Both the position numbers and the translations under genes were made by a program. A stretch of 64,000 nucleotides of DNA from Candidatus Hydrogenedentota bacterium (GTDB taxonomy: Bacteria; Hydrogenedentota; Hydrogenedentia; Hydrogenedentales; SLHB01), in the NCBI GenBank assembly GCA_045863295.1, contig BTWA01000003.1:96001-160000 (forward strand), written 5' to 3'. Positions 9,066 through 17,104 of the stretch are shown piece by piece (within the stretch, counting starts at the first letter, position 1; the number at the start of each line of letters is the position of its first letter). The notes below the pieces were generated by a model. It worked only from the letters and a program-made list of their open reading frames with translations, did not search any database and was not told the origin of the DNA.

Positions 9066-10544
9066 TTACCCGCCGATTCGACGCCGCATCATTTGCCGGA
9101 TGGCCATGTAGGGCATGCGCACGCGTCTGGATGCCGTGACGCGACGGGCAAGCCCTGCAGATTCAATTACGAGCGCACGAATAACGACTTTATCTTCGAC
9201 TTCTCCGTCCTCCCGCACCTTCATGAGGCGATGCAGGGCATACATGCCGAGCAAAAACGCGACGACGAACGTGAAGTCGAGTCCGCGCAGGTCGAGGGCG
9301 GCCAGGGAGAACCCGGTTTCGCCCGTGGATCGGTAAGACCAGTCGACGATGAGCTTGAGTTCGTAAGCGTCATACCACTCTGCGGCGGCACCCGCGAGAA
9401 TAGGGGCCGTCATCGCGGCCAAGCCAGTAATAAGCGCATTGACAGCGAGGTAGCTGGTGGCGCGGCCGTGAGGCGCGGACTTCAGTGCGATGTTGCTGGT
9501 GCAAAGCGTCACGCCGGCCTGGGACATGCCGAACAGGACATGGATGAATACGAGCAGCGTCATGGTCAGGGCATGGGGTTCGGGAAGCGTGGTAAACGGC
9601 CAGAGAAGAAAGCTCGTGATGAACAGGGGACCGCACACCAGCAGCACGGATTTGTTGGAGAACATGTCGGCGAACCGGCCCCAGACGCGGTAGAAAACCA
9701 CGTTGGTCAATTGGCCGAGGACGGTTAGCCCGAGGACCCAGGTCATGCTGAGGTGGATACGTTCGATCAAGTAGACGGCAAAGAACGGGACGGCAAAATT
9801 GATGGCGAAGTTCCACCAGCCGAGAAAGACGAGCAGCCGCCGGAACACCGGGTCGTGGAACGGCTGCTTCAGCAGACCGACGAAGTCAACGTCAGGGTTG
9901 GAAACCATGGCGGGTTCGGGCGTCCGCGCGAGTGCGGCCGCGCCGGCCAACCCGGCCACGGATGCAACAAGGAACAGAATATTATAGGGCGTGATGGGAT
10001 CGGAAAAGCGGCCTTGGGCGTAGTCGACAAATATCGCTCCGCCGACGCTGGCCATCGCGCCGAAAAAGGTGGCGACCGCCATACGGACGCCGAAGAAGCG
10101 GTTTACGTCCTGTACGGGGATGACATCCCGAATCCAGGAACTGAAAGCGCAGCCGGCAACGGCCGCGAACACGTAGTGAATGGTCAGGAGTCCGAGCAGC
10201 GCGGTGACCCGGTACTCTGGCGCGACGAGCCAAGGAATGAGTACAACGGGAACCCAAGCCACACGGCTCGCGGCGGCGCTCACAACCACGAGCAGCCGGC
10301 GCATTCGAACCCGCTCCACCAATAGGATGGAGGGGATTTGCGCGATTTGCGACAACGGCATTATGGCGGCGAGCAGGCCGATGACGATGTTGTTGGCGCC
10401 CATGTGCAACGCGTAGGCCACGATAAAGGGTCCGGTGGTCAGCGTGAACATGAGTTGGAAAAACAGGCCGTCGTAGACAAACAGGCGCTTTGCCTGATGC
10501 ACGTCGGCCGTAGTGAGGGATGCACGGGGTCTAAGCCAGTTCAT
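9066..10544 (-). CDS. MFS transporter
   Basis: About 12 hydrophobic segments and the loop motif WGRFADMFSNK. Start set at MNWLRP (uncertain). Confidence 0.8.
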   Translation of the reverse strand: MNWLRPRASLTTADVHQAKRLFVYDGLFFQLMFTLTTGPFIVAYALHMGANNIVIGLLAAIMPLSQIAQIPSILLVERVRMRRLLVVVSAAASRVAWVPVVLIPWLVAPEYRVTALLGLLTIHYVFAAVAGCAFSSWIRDVIPVQDVNRFFGVRMAVATFFGAMASVGGAIFVDYAQGRFSDPITPYNILFLVASVAGLAGAAALARTPEPAMVSNPDVDFVGLLKQPFHDPVFRRLLVFLGWWNFAINFAVPFFAVYLIERIHLSMTWVLGLTVLGQLTNVVFYRVWGRFADMFSNKSVLLVCGPLFITSFLLWPFTTLPEPHALTMTLLVFIHVLFGMSQAGVTLCTSNIALKSAPHGRATSYLAVNALITGLAAMTAPILAGAAAEWYDAYELKLIVDWSYRSTGETGFSLAALDLRGLDFTFVVAFLLGMYALHRLMKVREDGEVEDKVVIRALVIESAGLARRVTASRRVRMPYMAIRQMMRRRIGG

Positions 10545-10719
10545 TGCGGTGTACTTCGGAAGCCTTTTCAGACCGGGGAACCTGAGGTGAGGCACGGGAC
10601 GGAGCATCTCCACGGGGACGCTCTTCACTTGTCTGTAATCTATTGTATACGAAAAAAGTTTCCTATACAAACCCGAAGGGGGAAAAACACTTCACGCCGC
10701 ATGTGTTATAGTCTTTCGT

Positions 10720-11493
10720 ATGGCAGTGACGATTGAAAAGAGCGGTCCAGTCGCGACGGTAATACTTGATCGACCGGAAGTCCGCAATGCCGTGGACGGC
10801 CAGACCGCCCACGAGTTGGTTACCGCGTTCAAGGCGTTCGAGGCGGATCCGGAAGCGGCCGTCGCGGTGCTGTGGGGCGCGGGAGGCACGTTCTGTTCCG
10901 GCGCGGATCTGAAGGCGTTGGGCAGTGAACGGTCGAACCGCATCGAGCCGGAGGGAGACGGCCCGATGGGGCCGACTCGCTTGGTGTTACACAAGCCGGT
11001 TATCGCGGCGATTTCCGGTTTTGCCGTTGCTGGAGGGCTAGAGTTGGCGCTCTGGTGCGACTTGCGCGTGGCGGAAGACAGCGCGGTTCTGGGCGTGTTC
11101 TGCCGCCGGTGGGGCGTGCCGTTGATCGATGGGGGTACGGTGCGGTTGCCACGAATCGTGGGACTCGGCCGGGCGTTAGACATGATCTTAACGGGACGGC
11201 CGGTGACAGCGCGCGAGGCACATGGCATGGGTCTGGTGAACCGCGTTGTGCCGGACGGAGAGGCGCGTCAGGCAGCGGAATCGCTCGCCTATGAAATCGC
11301 GCAGTTCCCCGAAGTGTGCATGCGGAATGATCGTTTGTCCGCCTATGAGCAAGCGGACAAGGCGCTTGGGGAAGCGTTGGCCAACGAGTTTCTCCGGGGG
11401 ATGGATACGCTTCGGACGGGTTCGCTTGAAGGGGTAACCCGTTTCAAGTCCGGTGAAGGCCGGCACGGCCAATTCAGCCAGCCCGATGCCTAG
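10720..11493 (+). CDS. crotonase/enoyl-CoA hydratase family protein
   Basis: LDRPEVRNA, FCSGADL, KPVIAAISGFAVAGGLELAL, A.DMILTGR. Confidence 0.92.
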   Translation: MAVTIEKSGPVATVILDRPEVRNAVDGQTAHELVTAFKAFEADPEAAVAVLWGAGGTFCSGADLKALGSERSNRIEPEGDGPMGPTRLVLHKPVIAAISGFAVAGGLELALWCDLRVAEDSAVLGVFCRRWGVPLIDGGTVRLPRIVGLGRALDMILTGRPVTAREAHGMGLVNRVVPDGEARQAAESLAYEIAQFPEVCMRNDRLSAYEQADKALGEALANEFLRGMDTLRTGSLEGVTRFKSGEGRHGQFSQPDA

Positions 11494-11517
11494 TCCAGCC
11501 GGGGAGTAGCTTTCTCG

Positions 11518-13506
11518 ATGCCTTCTCATGGCCCGGAATTCATGACGCAAATCGTGGTGTTGTTTGGTACGGCACTGGTCACCGCGTGGTTATTCCGGCT
11601 CGTACATGCGCCATCGATCATCGGATATTTGTTTACCGGGATCGTGTTGGGGCCATCTGCGCTTGGGTTAATTACCTCGGACGGAGTGGGCGAACTTTCC
11701 GAGATTGGTCTGATCCTGCTCTTGTTCATCGTGGGACTGGAACTGTCTCCCAGACCGCTTGTGCGGCTTGGCGCGTCTATCTTAGTTGCCACGGGCCTCC
11801 AAATCGGGATTACGGCGGGCGGTGCAGGAGCCGTGGCGTGGGGACTTGGGGGCTTGTCTCCGTCGGCTTCGCTGATTGTGGGGATAGTGGTTGCGCTGAG
11901 CAGCACGGCCATTGTGCTGAAACAACTGAGCGACCGGGGCGAAACGAACACGGTGAATGGGATCATCACGACGGCGATCCTGCTTCTCCAAGACATCATC
12001 GTAATTGTGGTTATGTTGTTCGTGCCGTTGCTCGCCGCGGCGGGCAGTGGCAATCTGGGCGAGACTCTGGGAACGACCCTTATATCGTTGGCCGGGGTAG
12101 TGGCCGCCGCGTTGGGCGCGCGCAAGGTGCTCCCTTTGTTCTTGAACAAGGTGGTGCGTTCGGGTGGTTCGGAGTTGATGGCGCTTTTTGCCGTGATGAT
12201 GGCATTCGGGGGCGCGTGGCTGGGAGGTTTGGCGGGTTGGTCGCCCGCGCTTGGTGCGTGTGTGGCGGGGCTGCTGCTTGCGGAGGCCGATGAGCGCCAC
12301 CAGTTGGCGGCGGATATCATGCCGTTCCGGGATGTATTCAACGCCATCTTCTTTATCACGCTTGGGGTAATGGTGGATGTGCACCTGGTTCTCCCCCACC
12401 TTGGCCTGCTCGCGATCGCGGTGTTGGCCACGCTTGCGGCAAAGACAATCATCACGACATTCGCGGTAATGGCCTGCCGGTGGCCGTTGCGGCCGGCGTT
12501 GCAGGTTGGGTTGGGGCTATGCACGGTCAGCGAATTTGGGTACGTGCTTGCGAACGAGGCGGCCAAAGCGGGTGTATTGCCCGAGGGCGTTCTGGAGATC
12601 GTCATTGCGTACGCAGTCGGCACGATGATGATCGGAGCGGCTTTGGTGCCCCTGTCGGGGCCGGTCGCGGAAGCCATCGCAAACCGGTTGCCGGGCAAGA
12701 CCAGAGAGCCGGATCGGGAAGATTCGCTCGCGGCCACATCCCAGTCGCACCACGTCATCATCGTAGGTTACGGCCTGACCGGCGAGAACATGCACAAAGT
12801 GTTGGCGGCCACGCGCATACCTCATTGCGTGATCGAGATGAATGCCCGGCTCATCGCGGAAGCGCGTGCGGATGGCGCGGACGTTATTATGGGGGATGCG
12901 TCGCGGATGGCCATTTTACGGCATGCGGGTATTGGCCACGCGCATGCGATGGTCATTGCGATCAATGACCCGCAAGGCACGCGAAGCATAGTCGCCAAGG
13001 CGCGTACGACGCGGCCGGACATTTTTATCCTTGCCCGAACGCGGTTTGTGGAGGAACTGGATGGCCTGTACCGGTTGGGCGCGAATCAGGTGATACCGGA
13101 GGACTTTGAGACGTCGGTGGAAATTGCCGCGAACATCCTTAAGGAAATGGACATACCGGACAATATCGTGGACGCGCAGATCGCGGCGATTCGGGCGGGA
13201 CGTTATGGGATGTTGCGCGGTCTTGCTTCCGATCGCAACGCACAAGAAGAGCTGATTCGCGTGTTGAACCTAACGGCGACACGTTCCCACTATCTTCAAG
13301 AGGGAAAGGCGGCCTGTGGCAATTCGATCCTGAGTCTCAACTTGCGTGCGGTTACAGGCGTGACCATCATTGCGATCATGCGCGGGAGCAAGCCCATTAT
13401 CAGTCCGGATCCGGACTTTGTACTTACCGCGGGCGACGTGCTCATCATGGTGGGATCTCATGCGCAACTGGAGGCGGCGAAAGTGTTCTTGGAGTCTCCG
13501 GCTTAG
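11518..13506 (+). CDS. CPA2-family monovalent cation:proton antiporter (Kef-like) with TrkA-N and TrkA-C domains
   Basis: LLLFIVGLE, ALSSTAIV, LLLQD, SEFG membrane motifs. VIIVGYGLTG Rossmann fold and C-terminal RCK_C. Confidence 0.92.
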   Translation: MPSHGPEFMTQIVVLFGTALVTAWLFRLVHAPSIIGYLFTGIVLGPSALGLITSDGVGELSEIGLILLLFIVGLELSPRPLVRLGASILVATGLQIGITAGGAGAVAWGLGGLSPSASLIVGIVVALSSTAIVLKQLSDRGETNTVNGIITTAILLLQDIIVIVVMLFVPLLAAAGSGNLGETLGTTLISLAGVVAAALGARKVLPLFLNKVVRSGGSELMALFAVMMAFGGAWLGGLAGWSPALGACVAGLLLAEADERHQLAADIMPFRDVFNAIFFITLGVMVDVHLVLPHLGLLAIAVLATLAAKTIITTFAVMACRWPLRPALQVGLGLCTVSEFGYVLANEAAKAGVLPEGVLEIVIAYAVGTMMIGAALVPLSGPVAEAIANRLPGKTREPDREDSLAATSQSHHVIIVGYGLTGENMHKVLAATRIPHCVIEMNARLIAEARADGADVIMGDASRMAILRHAGIGHAHAMVIAINDPQGTRSIVAKARTTRPDIFILARTRFVEELDGLYRLGANQVIPEDFETSVEIAANILKEMDIPDNIVDAQIAAIRAGRYGMLRGLASDRNAQEELIRVLNLTATRSHYLQEGKAACGNSILSLNLRAVTGVTIIAIMRGSKPIISPDPDFVLTAGDVLIMVGSHAQLEAAKVFLESPA

Positions 13507-13753
13507 CCCGGATATTTCACGACTTTGTCCAATTAACTGTGTACCAACAATTCAACCGGCCTGTTACCAAAACTGGCGCACTTACAGTATGCAGGTGAAA
13601 TATCCTCAGCGTTTCAAGCTTAAGGAATTCTGTGTGAGCATTTTGCACCACGGAGACTGTACTTCAGTCTTCCACGGAGACTGTACTTCAGTCTTCCACG
13701 GAGACTGTACTTCAGTCTTCCGCGCACGAATTAGGCGTGGTGCAAATTGCGGG
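13507..13753. mobile_element. non-autonomous MITE-like element, copy 1 (247 bp; ends resemble IS1380-family IRs)
   Basis: Near-identical to 26888-27086. Imperfect terminal IRs CCCGGATATTTCACGAC / GTGGTGCAAATTGCGGG. Flanked by a TTAG direct repeat (13503-13506, 13754-13757). No transposase. Confidence 0.75.
13648..13719. repeat. perfect 24-bp tandem repeat x3 (CCACGGAGACTGTACTTCAGTCTT)
   Basis: Three adjacent exact units with no spacers. Only one unit is present in the second element copy. Confidence 0.95.
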
Positions 13754-14731
13754 TTAGGCATTCACCATAACGGCTTTGCCATGGCACGCGCGGTTTTCAA
13801 TGGCTTCAAGTGCCGATGGCAAATCGTCCAGCGGGAATTCCCGATAGATAACGGGTTTGATCTTTCGCTCGTCATAGAGGCGGTACAGAGTATGCTGCGT
13901 GTCCCGAATGCGCGCGGTATCGCGCGTTTGATAGGCCCCCCAATACACGCCGATTACTTCCATATTCTTAAGGAGGACCCGGTTTGCCGGGATAGAGGGA
14001 ATGGTGCCTCCGGCAAATCCGATGACGAGCAAGCGGCCTTCGTGTGCGATACATTTGACGCTTTTTTCCAGGACGTCGCCGCCAACGGGATCGAGGATCA
14101 CGTCCGCGCCATTGCCGCGCGTGATTGCCTTTACTTGACTTACGAAATCGGTGTTTGAGTAGTTGATGACGTGGTCGGCGCCGCATTCGGCGCAGACGCG
14201 GCACTTGTCTTCGTGGCCCGCCGTTGCGATGACGTTGGCGCCGAGGACTTTGCCCAATTGGATGGCTGCCGAACCGACACCGCCCGCACCTCCATGCACG
14301 AGCAGCCACTCCCCTGCTTTCAAGCGGCCGCGATACGCCAATGCGAAGTGCGCGGTTTGGTAGTTTATCGTAAGCGCGGCGGCGTCGACGGCGGTCATGG
14401 CATCGGATATGAGGAAGGTCGTGTCGTCCACGGCAAGCATTTCTTCAGCGAATGCGCCCATGAGGTTGACCGTGACAACGCGATCTCCCGGTTTGAAGCG
14501 GCTTTGACTGCCGCATTCGGTTACGACGCCCGAAGCTTCGCTGCCGGGCACAAACGGCAAGGGCGCCCGCACTTGGTATTGTCCGGCGATGTTTAACAAG
14601 TCAGCAAACATGACGCCCGCCGCCTGTACGGCGATGCGAGTGGTTTCTCCTTCGGGGATGGGCGACGGCTGATCGGACAGTGTCAGGACGCTCTTGTAGT
14701 GGCCGTATTCGGCGACGGTCCATGCGCGCAT
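13754..14731 (-). CDS. NADPH:quinone oxidoreductase (zeta-crystallin/MDR family)
   Basis: PFVPGSEASG, LVHGGAGGVGSAAIQ, ILDPVGG, GFAGG, GKAV. Confidence 0.92.
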   Translation of the reverse strand: MRAWTVAEYGHYKSVLTLSDQPSPIPEGETTRIAVQAAGVMFADLLNIAGQYQVRAPLPFVPGSEASGVVTECGSQSRFKPGDRVVTVNLMGAFAEEMLAVDDTTFLISDAMTAVDAAALTINYQTAHFALAYRGRLKAGEWLLVHGGAGGVGSAAIQLGKVLGANVIATAGHEDKCRVCAECGADHVINYSNTDFVSQVKAITRGNGADVILDPVGGDVLEKSVKCIAHEGRLLVIGFAGGTIPSIPANRVLLKNMEVIGVYWGAYQTRDTARIRDTQHTLYRLYDERKIKPVIYREFPLDDLPSALEAIENRACHGKAVMVNA

Positions 14732-14761
14732 TGGGGGGCTCCTTGATTGGATGTAGCCGTT

Positions 14762-17104
14762 CTAAAAATGACGTTGGGCGCCGTACCAGTTGCTTGCGCC
14801 ATGGTCGAGGTGCAATACGGGGACGCCGGCAATGCGTGTAACGGGTCCGTAGTGCGCGATCAACTCCTTGGCAAACTTCCAGTCGGCTCCTTCAAAATGT
14901 TGGAGTTCTTCGTATCGCACCTTTTGAAGGCATTCCCGGCGAAAACACTGACAGAAGCCGACCGGAATTCCGTCGGCCTCGTCCTGGCGGTATTCTCCGG
15001 GACCGTTGACCAGGTCGTTCCATTGATTGGACGGCTGAATTTCGCCGATGAGAATTCCAGCCGTCGCCTCGCGAGTCAACATTTTTCTCCCGTCGGGCGC
15101 TGCGAAATACGTCTCCGGGGGCAATTCTCCCAACGTCTTCATCCACAGTGTCGGGAGAATGATGTCGGCATCCATGATGAGAATCCATTCCCCGCGGGCC
15201 TGTGCCATGCATTCGTTGAGCATGAACCCTTTGGCCCGGGCATGATCCGGCGCGAATGGCACGCGGATCATTCGAAGTCCCGGATAGGCGGCTTCGATGG
15301 AGTCCATGACATCCGGCGTCGCATCAACGCCGGGCACGTGCGCAACGAGCACTTCAATGTCTTGTCGATCGACGCCTTGTTGACGTGCGACGCTGAGTAG
15401 GGACGCCTGTAATCGCCGGGCGTAGCGAGTGCTGACCACGACAACGGAGAATCGAGGCGTGTGTTGGAGAGTCTGTTGTGTTTCCTGCCATATCGCGACG
15501 CCTTGCGTGCCAACATTGCCGTCGATATTCCAGATGGCGATGCGCGGCTCGAGATTATTTCCCAGCCGTTCGGGCACGTAATATTTGCCGATGAATTCCG
15601 TAGGCACTTGCGGTACGCCATCGCGGAGAAGTACGTAGCGTCCATCGCTTTCGACGTGAATGGCAATTCGATGGGCGTAGGCGGTCATGGGACACATGAG
15701 TGTGGCGTGGCGTCCAAATTGGAAACCCACGTATTCAGCGATACCTCCTCCAACGGTGTAGGCCAGTGTGAACGGCGGCGCAAGCCGCGCAAGCGGCGTG
15801 CTGATTTTTTCCGAGACTGTAAAACTAAACCAGCCAACACTGCCCGGCCCCTGCCAGCTCCACTCGCCTTCCACCTTGTAGTCTTGCGAGCCGAATTCGC
15901 GGACCGGTTGCGTGTTCTGAAGGATGCTGTTCGCGCGGGCTGTCATTTCGTTGAGCTCCGAACGCCGAGACAGCCTATCCGCATCGAGCGCGTCCAGGCG
16001 ACGCTTGCGGGACTTTGAAAACGCGAACGGATCCATGGCCACGTCGCCGGGCAGCGCCTGCAGACGCAGATCGGGGTAGGAGCGCTGTAGATGGGCCGGC
16101 GCATGGTCGCAAATGCGTCGCAAGGCACAGGCGTTGCACGGAGGCGGGCAATGCTGTGTGTGACTGCCGGACCATTCACGCGCTTCGGAAGTCAAGGAGC
16201 CCGCGAGCGGTTGCGGCGTAGGGGCTTTGCTGTGATGGCGCGTAAGTTTATGTAGTGCCCAAAGTCGAGCTTTGGCCCATGGATAGTCCATTAACCATGG
16301 CAACAATTTGCGGTCGATCGGGTTGTCGTATGCGGTGTGCCTTCCCAGAAGCATGGACAGTGCTGAACCAGCGATGGCCGGCGACATACGGGTAATCTTT
16401 TGGGCGAGCAGGTAGGACTCGCGCACATAAAACTGATGGTCCGAATAGAACTGCGCGTCGTTGACTATGAATTGCCGGACATCCTCCGGCACAACACAGA
16501 AGGGCCAACCGATGAGGTTTGCTTCCATGCCGTGTTGCGTTGCGGCGCGGGCGAGCGCAGCGGCCCGATCCAACGTGACGCTGGTGGCCATGGCATTTCG
16601 CGCGCGGCCGGGCGACACAAAGGGATCGGTGGCGGCGATGTGCACGGTCTGTACGCCTGCAACCGCCCACCCTGCGGCGGCGGATTCCGGATCCCACTCG
16701 ATGGCGAGAGGACCGGTAATCTGAATACGAATCGGCAATCCGGCCAAGTGCGCCGCCTCAAGCCACCGGTTGACATGTTCGCCACGGATTACGGAGGGTG
16801 CCAGTAGAATGTCCAGGAGTCCAAGGGACTCCAAGATTGTGGGATCGGGCGGAGGCATAGCGGCGGCGGTGCGAAGGGACAGGCGCGCATCCATTTCCCT
16901 GGCCACATCCGCCGCGTATCGGGCCGCTTCCGAGTCAAAGGAATTCGAAATCAGATCGAGTTTGGCGGTCTTGTAGGCGACGCGGTTGAGGCGAATCCAC
17001 CGGGCGATATCGACGAATCGGAAGGGTTTTCCCTTTTGATTGTGCAGGCAGATCAGTCCGCGAGTTGGCGGAAGCGACGTATCGAGGTACGTGACGTCCT
17101 GCAT
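14762..17104 (-). CDS. GT-A (GT2-like) glycosyltransferase fused to a degenerate radical-SAM-like N-terminal region, paralogue 2
   Basis: TGATG overlap with upstream paralogue. C-terminal FSVVVV...ARGEWILIMDAD...HLDH. N-terminal RLSLRT..LESLGLLDILL, WPFC, CNACALRRICD. Confidence 0.75.
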   Translation of the reverse strand: MQDVTYLDTSLPPTRGLICLHNQKGKPFRFVDIARWIRLNRVAYKTAKLDLISNSFDSEAARYAADVAREMDARLSLRTAAAMPPPDPTILESLGLLDILLAPSVIRGEHVNRWLEAAHLAGLPIRIQITGPLAIEWDPESAAAGWAVAGVQTVHIAATDPFVSPGRARNAMATSVTLDRAAALARAATQHGMEANLIGWPFCVVPEDVRQFIVNDAQFYSDHQFYVRESYLLAQKITRMSPAIAGSALSMLLGRHTAYDNPIDRKLLPWLMDYPWAKARLWALHKLTRHHSKAPTPQPLAGSLTSEAREWSGSHTQHCPPPCNACALRRICDHAPAHLQRSYPDLRLQALPGDVAMDPFAFSKSRKRRLDALDADRLSRRSELNEMTARANSILQNTQPVREFGSQDYKVEGEWSWQGPGSVGWFSFTVSEKISTPLARLAPPFTLAYTVGGGIAEYVGFQFGRHATLMCPMTAYAHRIAIHVESDGRYVLLRDGVPQVPTEFIGKYYVPERLGNNLEPRIAIWNIDGNVGTQGVAIWQETQQTLQHTPRFSVVVVSTRYARRLQASLLSVARQQGVDRQDIEVLVAHVPGVDATPDVMDSIEAAYPGLRMIRVPFAPDHARAKGFMLNECMAQARGEWILIMDADIILPTLWMKTLGELPPETYFAAPDGRKMLTREATAGILIGEIQPSNQWNDLVNGPGEYRQDEADGIPVGFCQCFRRECLQKVRYEELQHFEGADWKFAKELIAHYGPVTRIAGVPVLHLDHGASNWYGAQRHF

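Noticed and set aside
11526..12761. 411-aa minus-strand ORF
   Set aside because: Antisense to the hydrophobic antiporter domain, with a composition typical of shadow ORFs.
13648..13719. CRISPR array
   Set aside because: The 24-bp repeats are directly adjacent with no spacers, there are no cas genes, and they lie inside a dispersed element.
13370..14158. 262-aa ORF with HGDCTSVF x3 (possible RiPP-like repeat peptide)
   Set aside because: It is the translation of the 24-bp tandem repeat and overlaps two well-supported genes.
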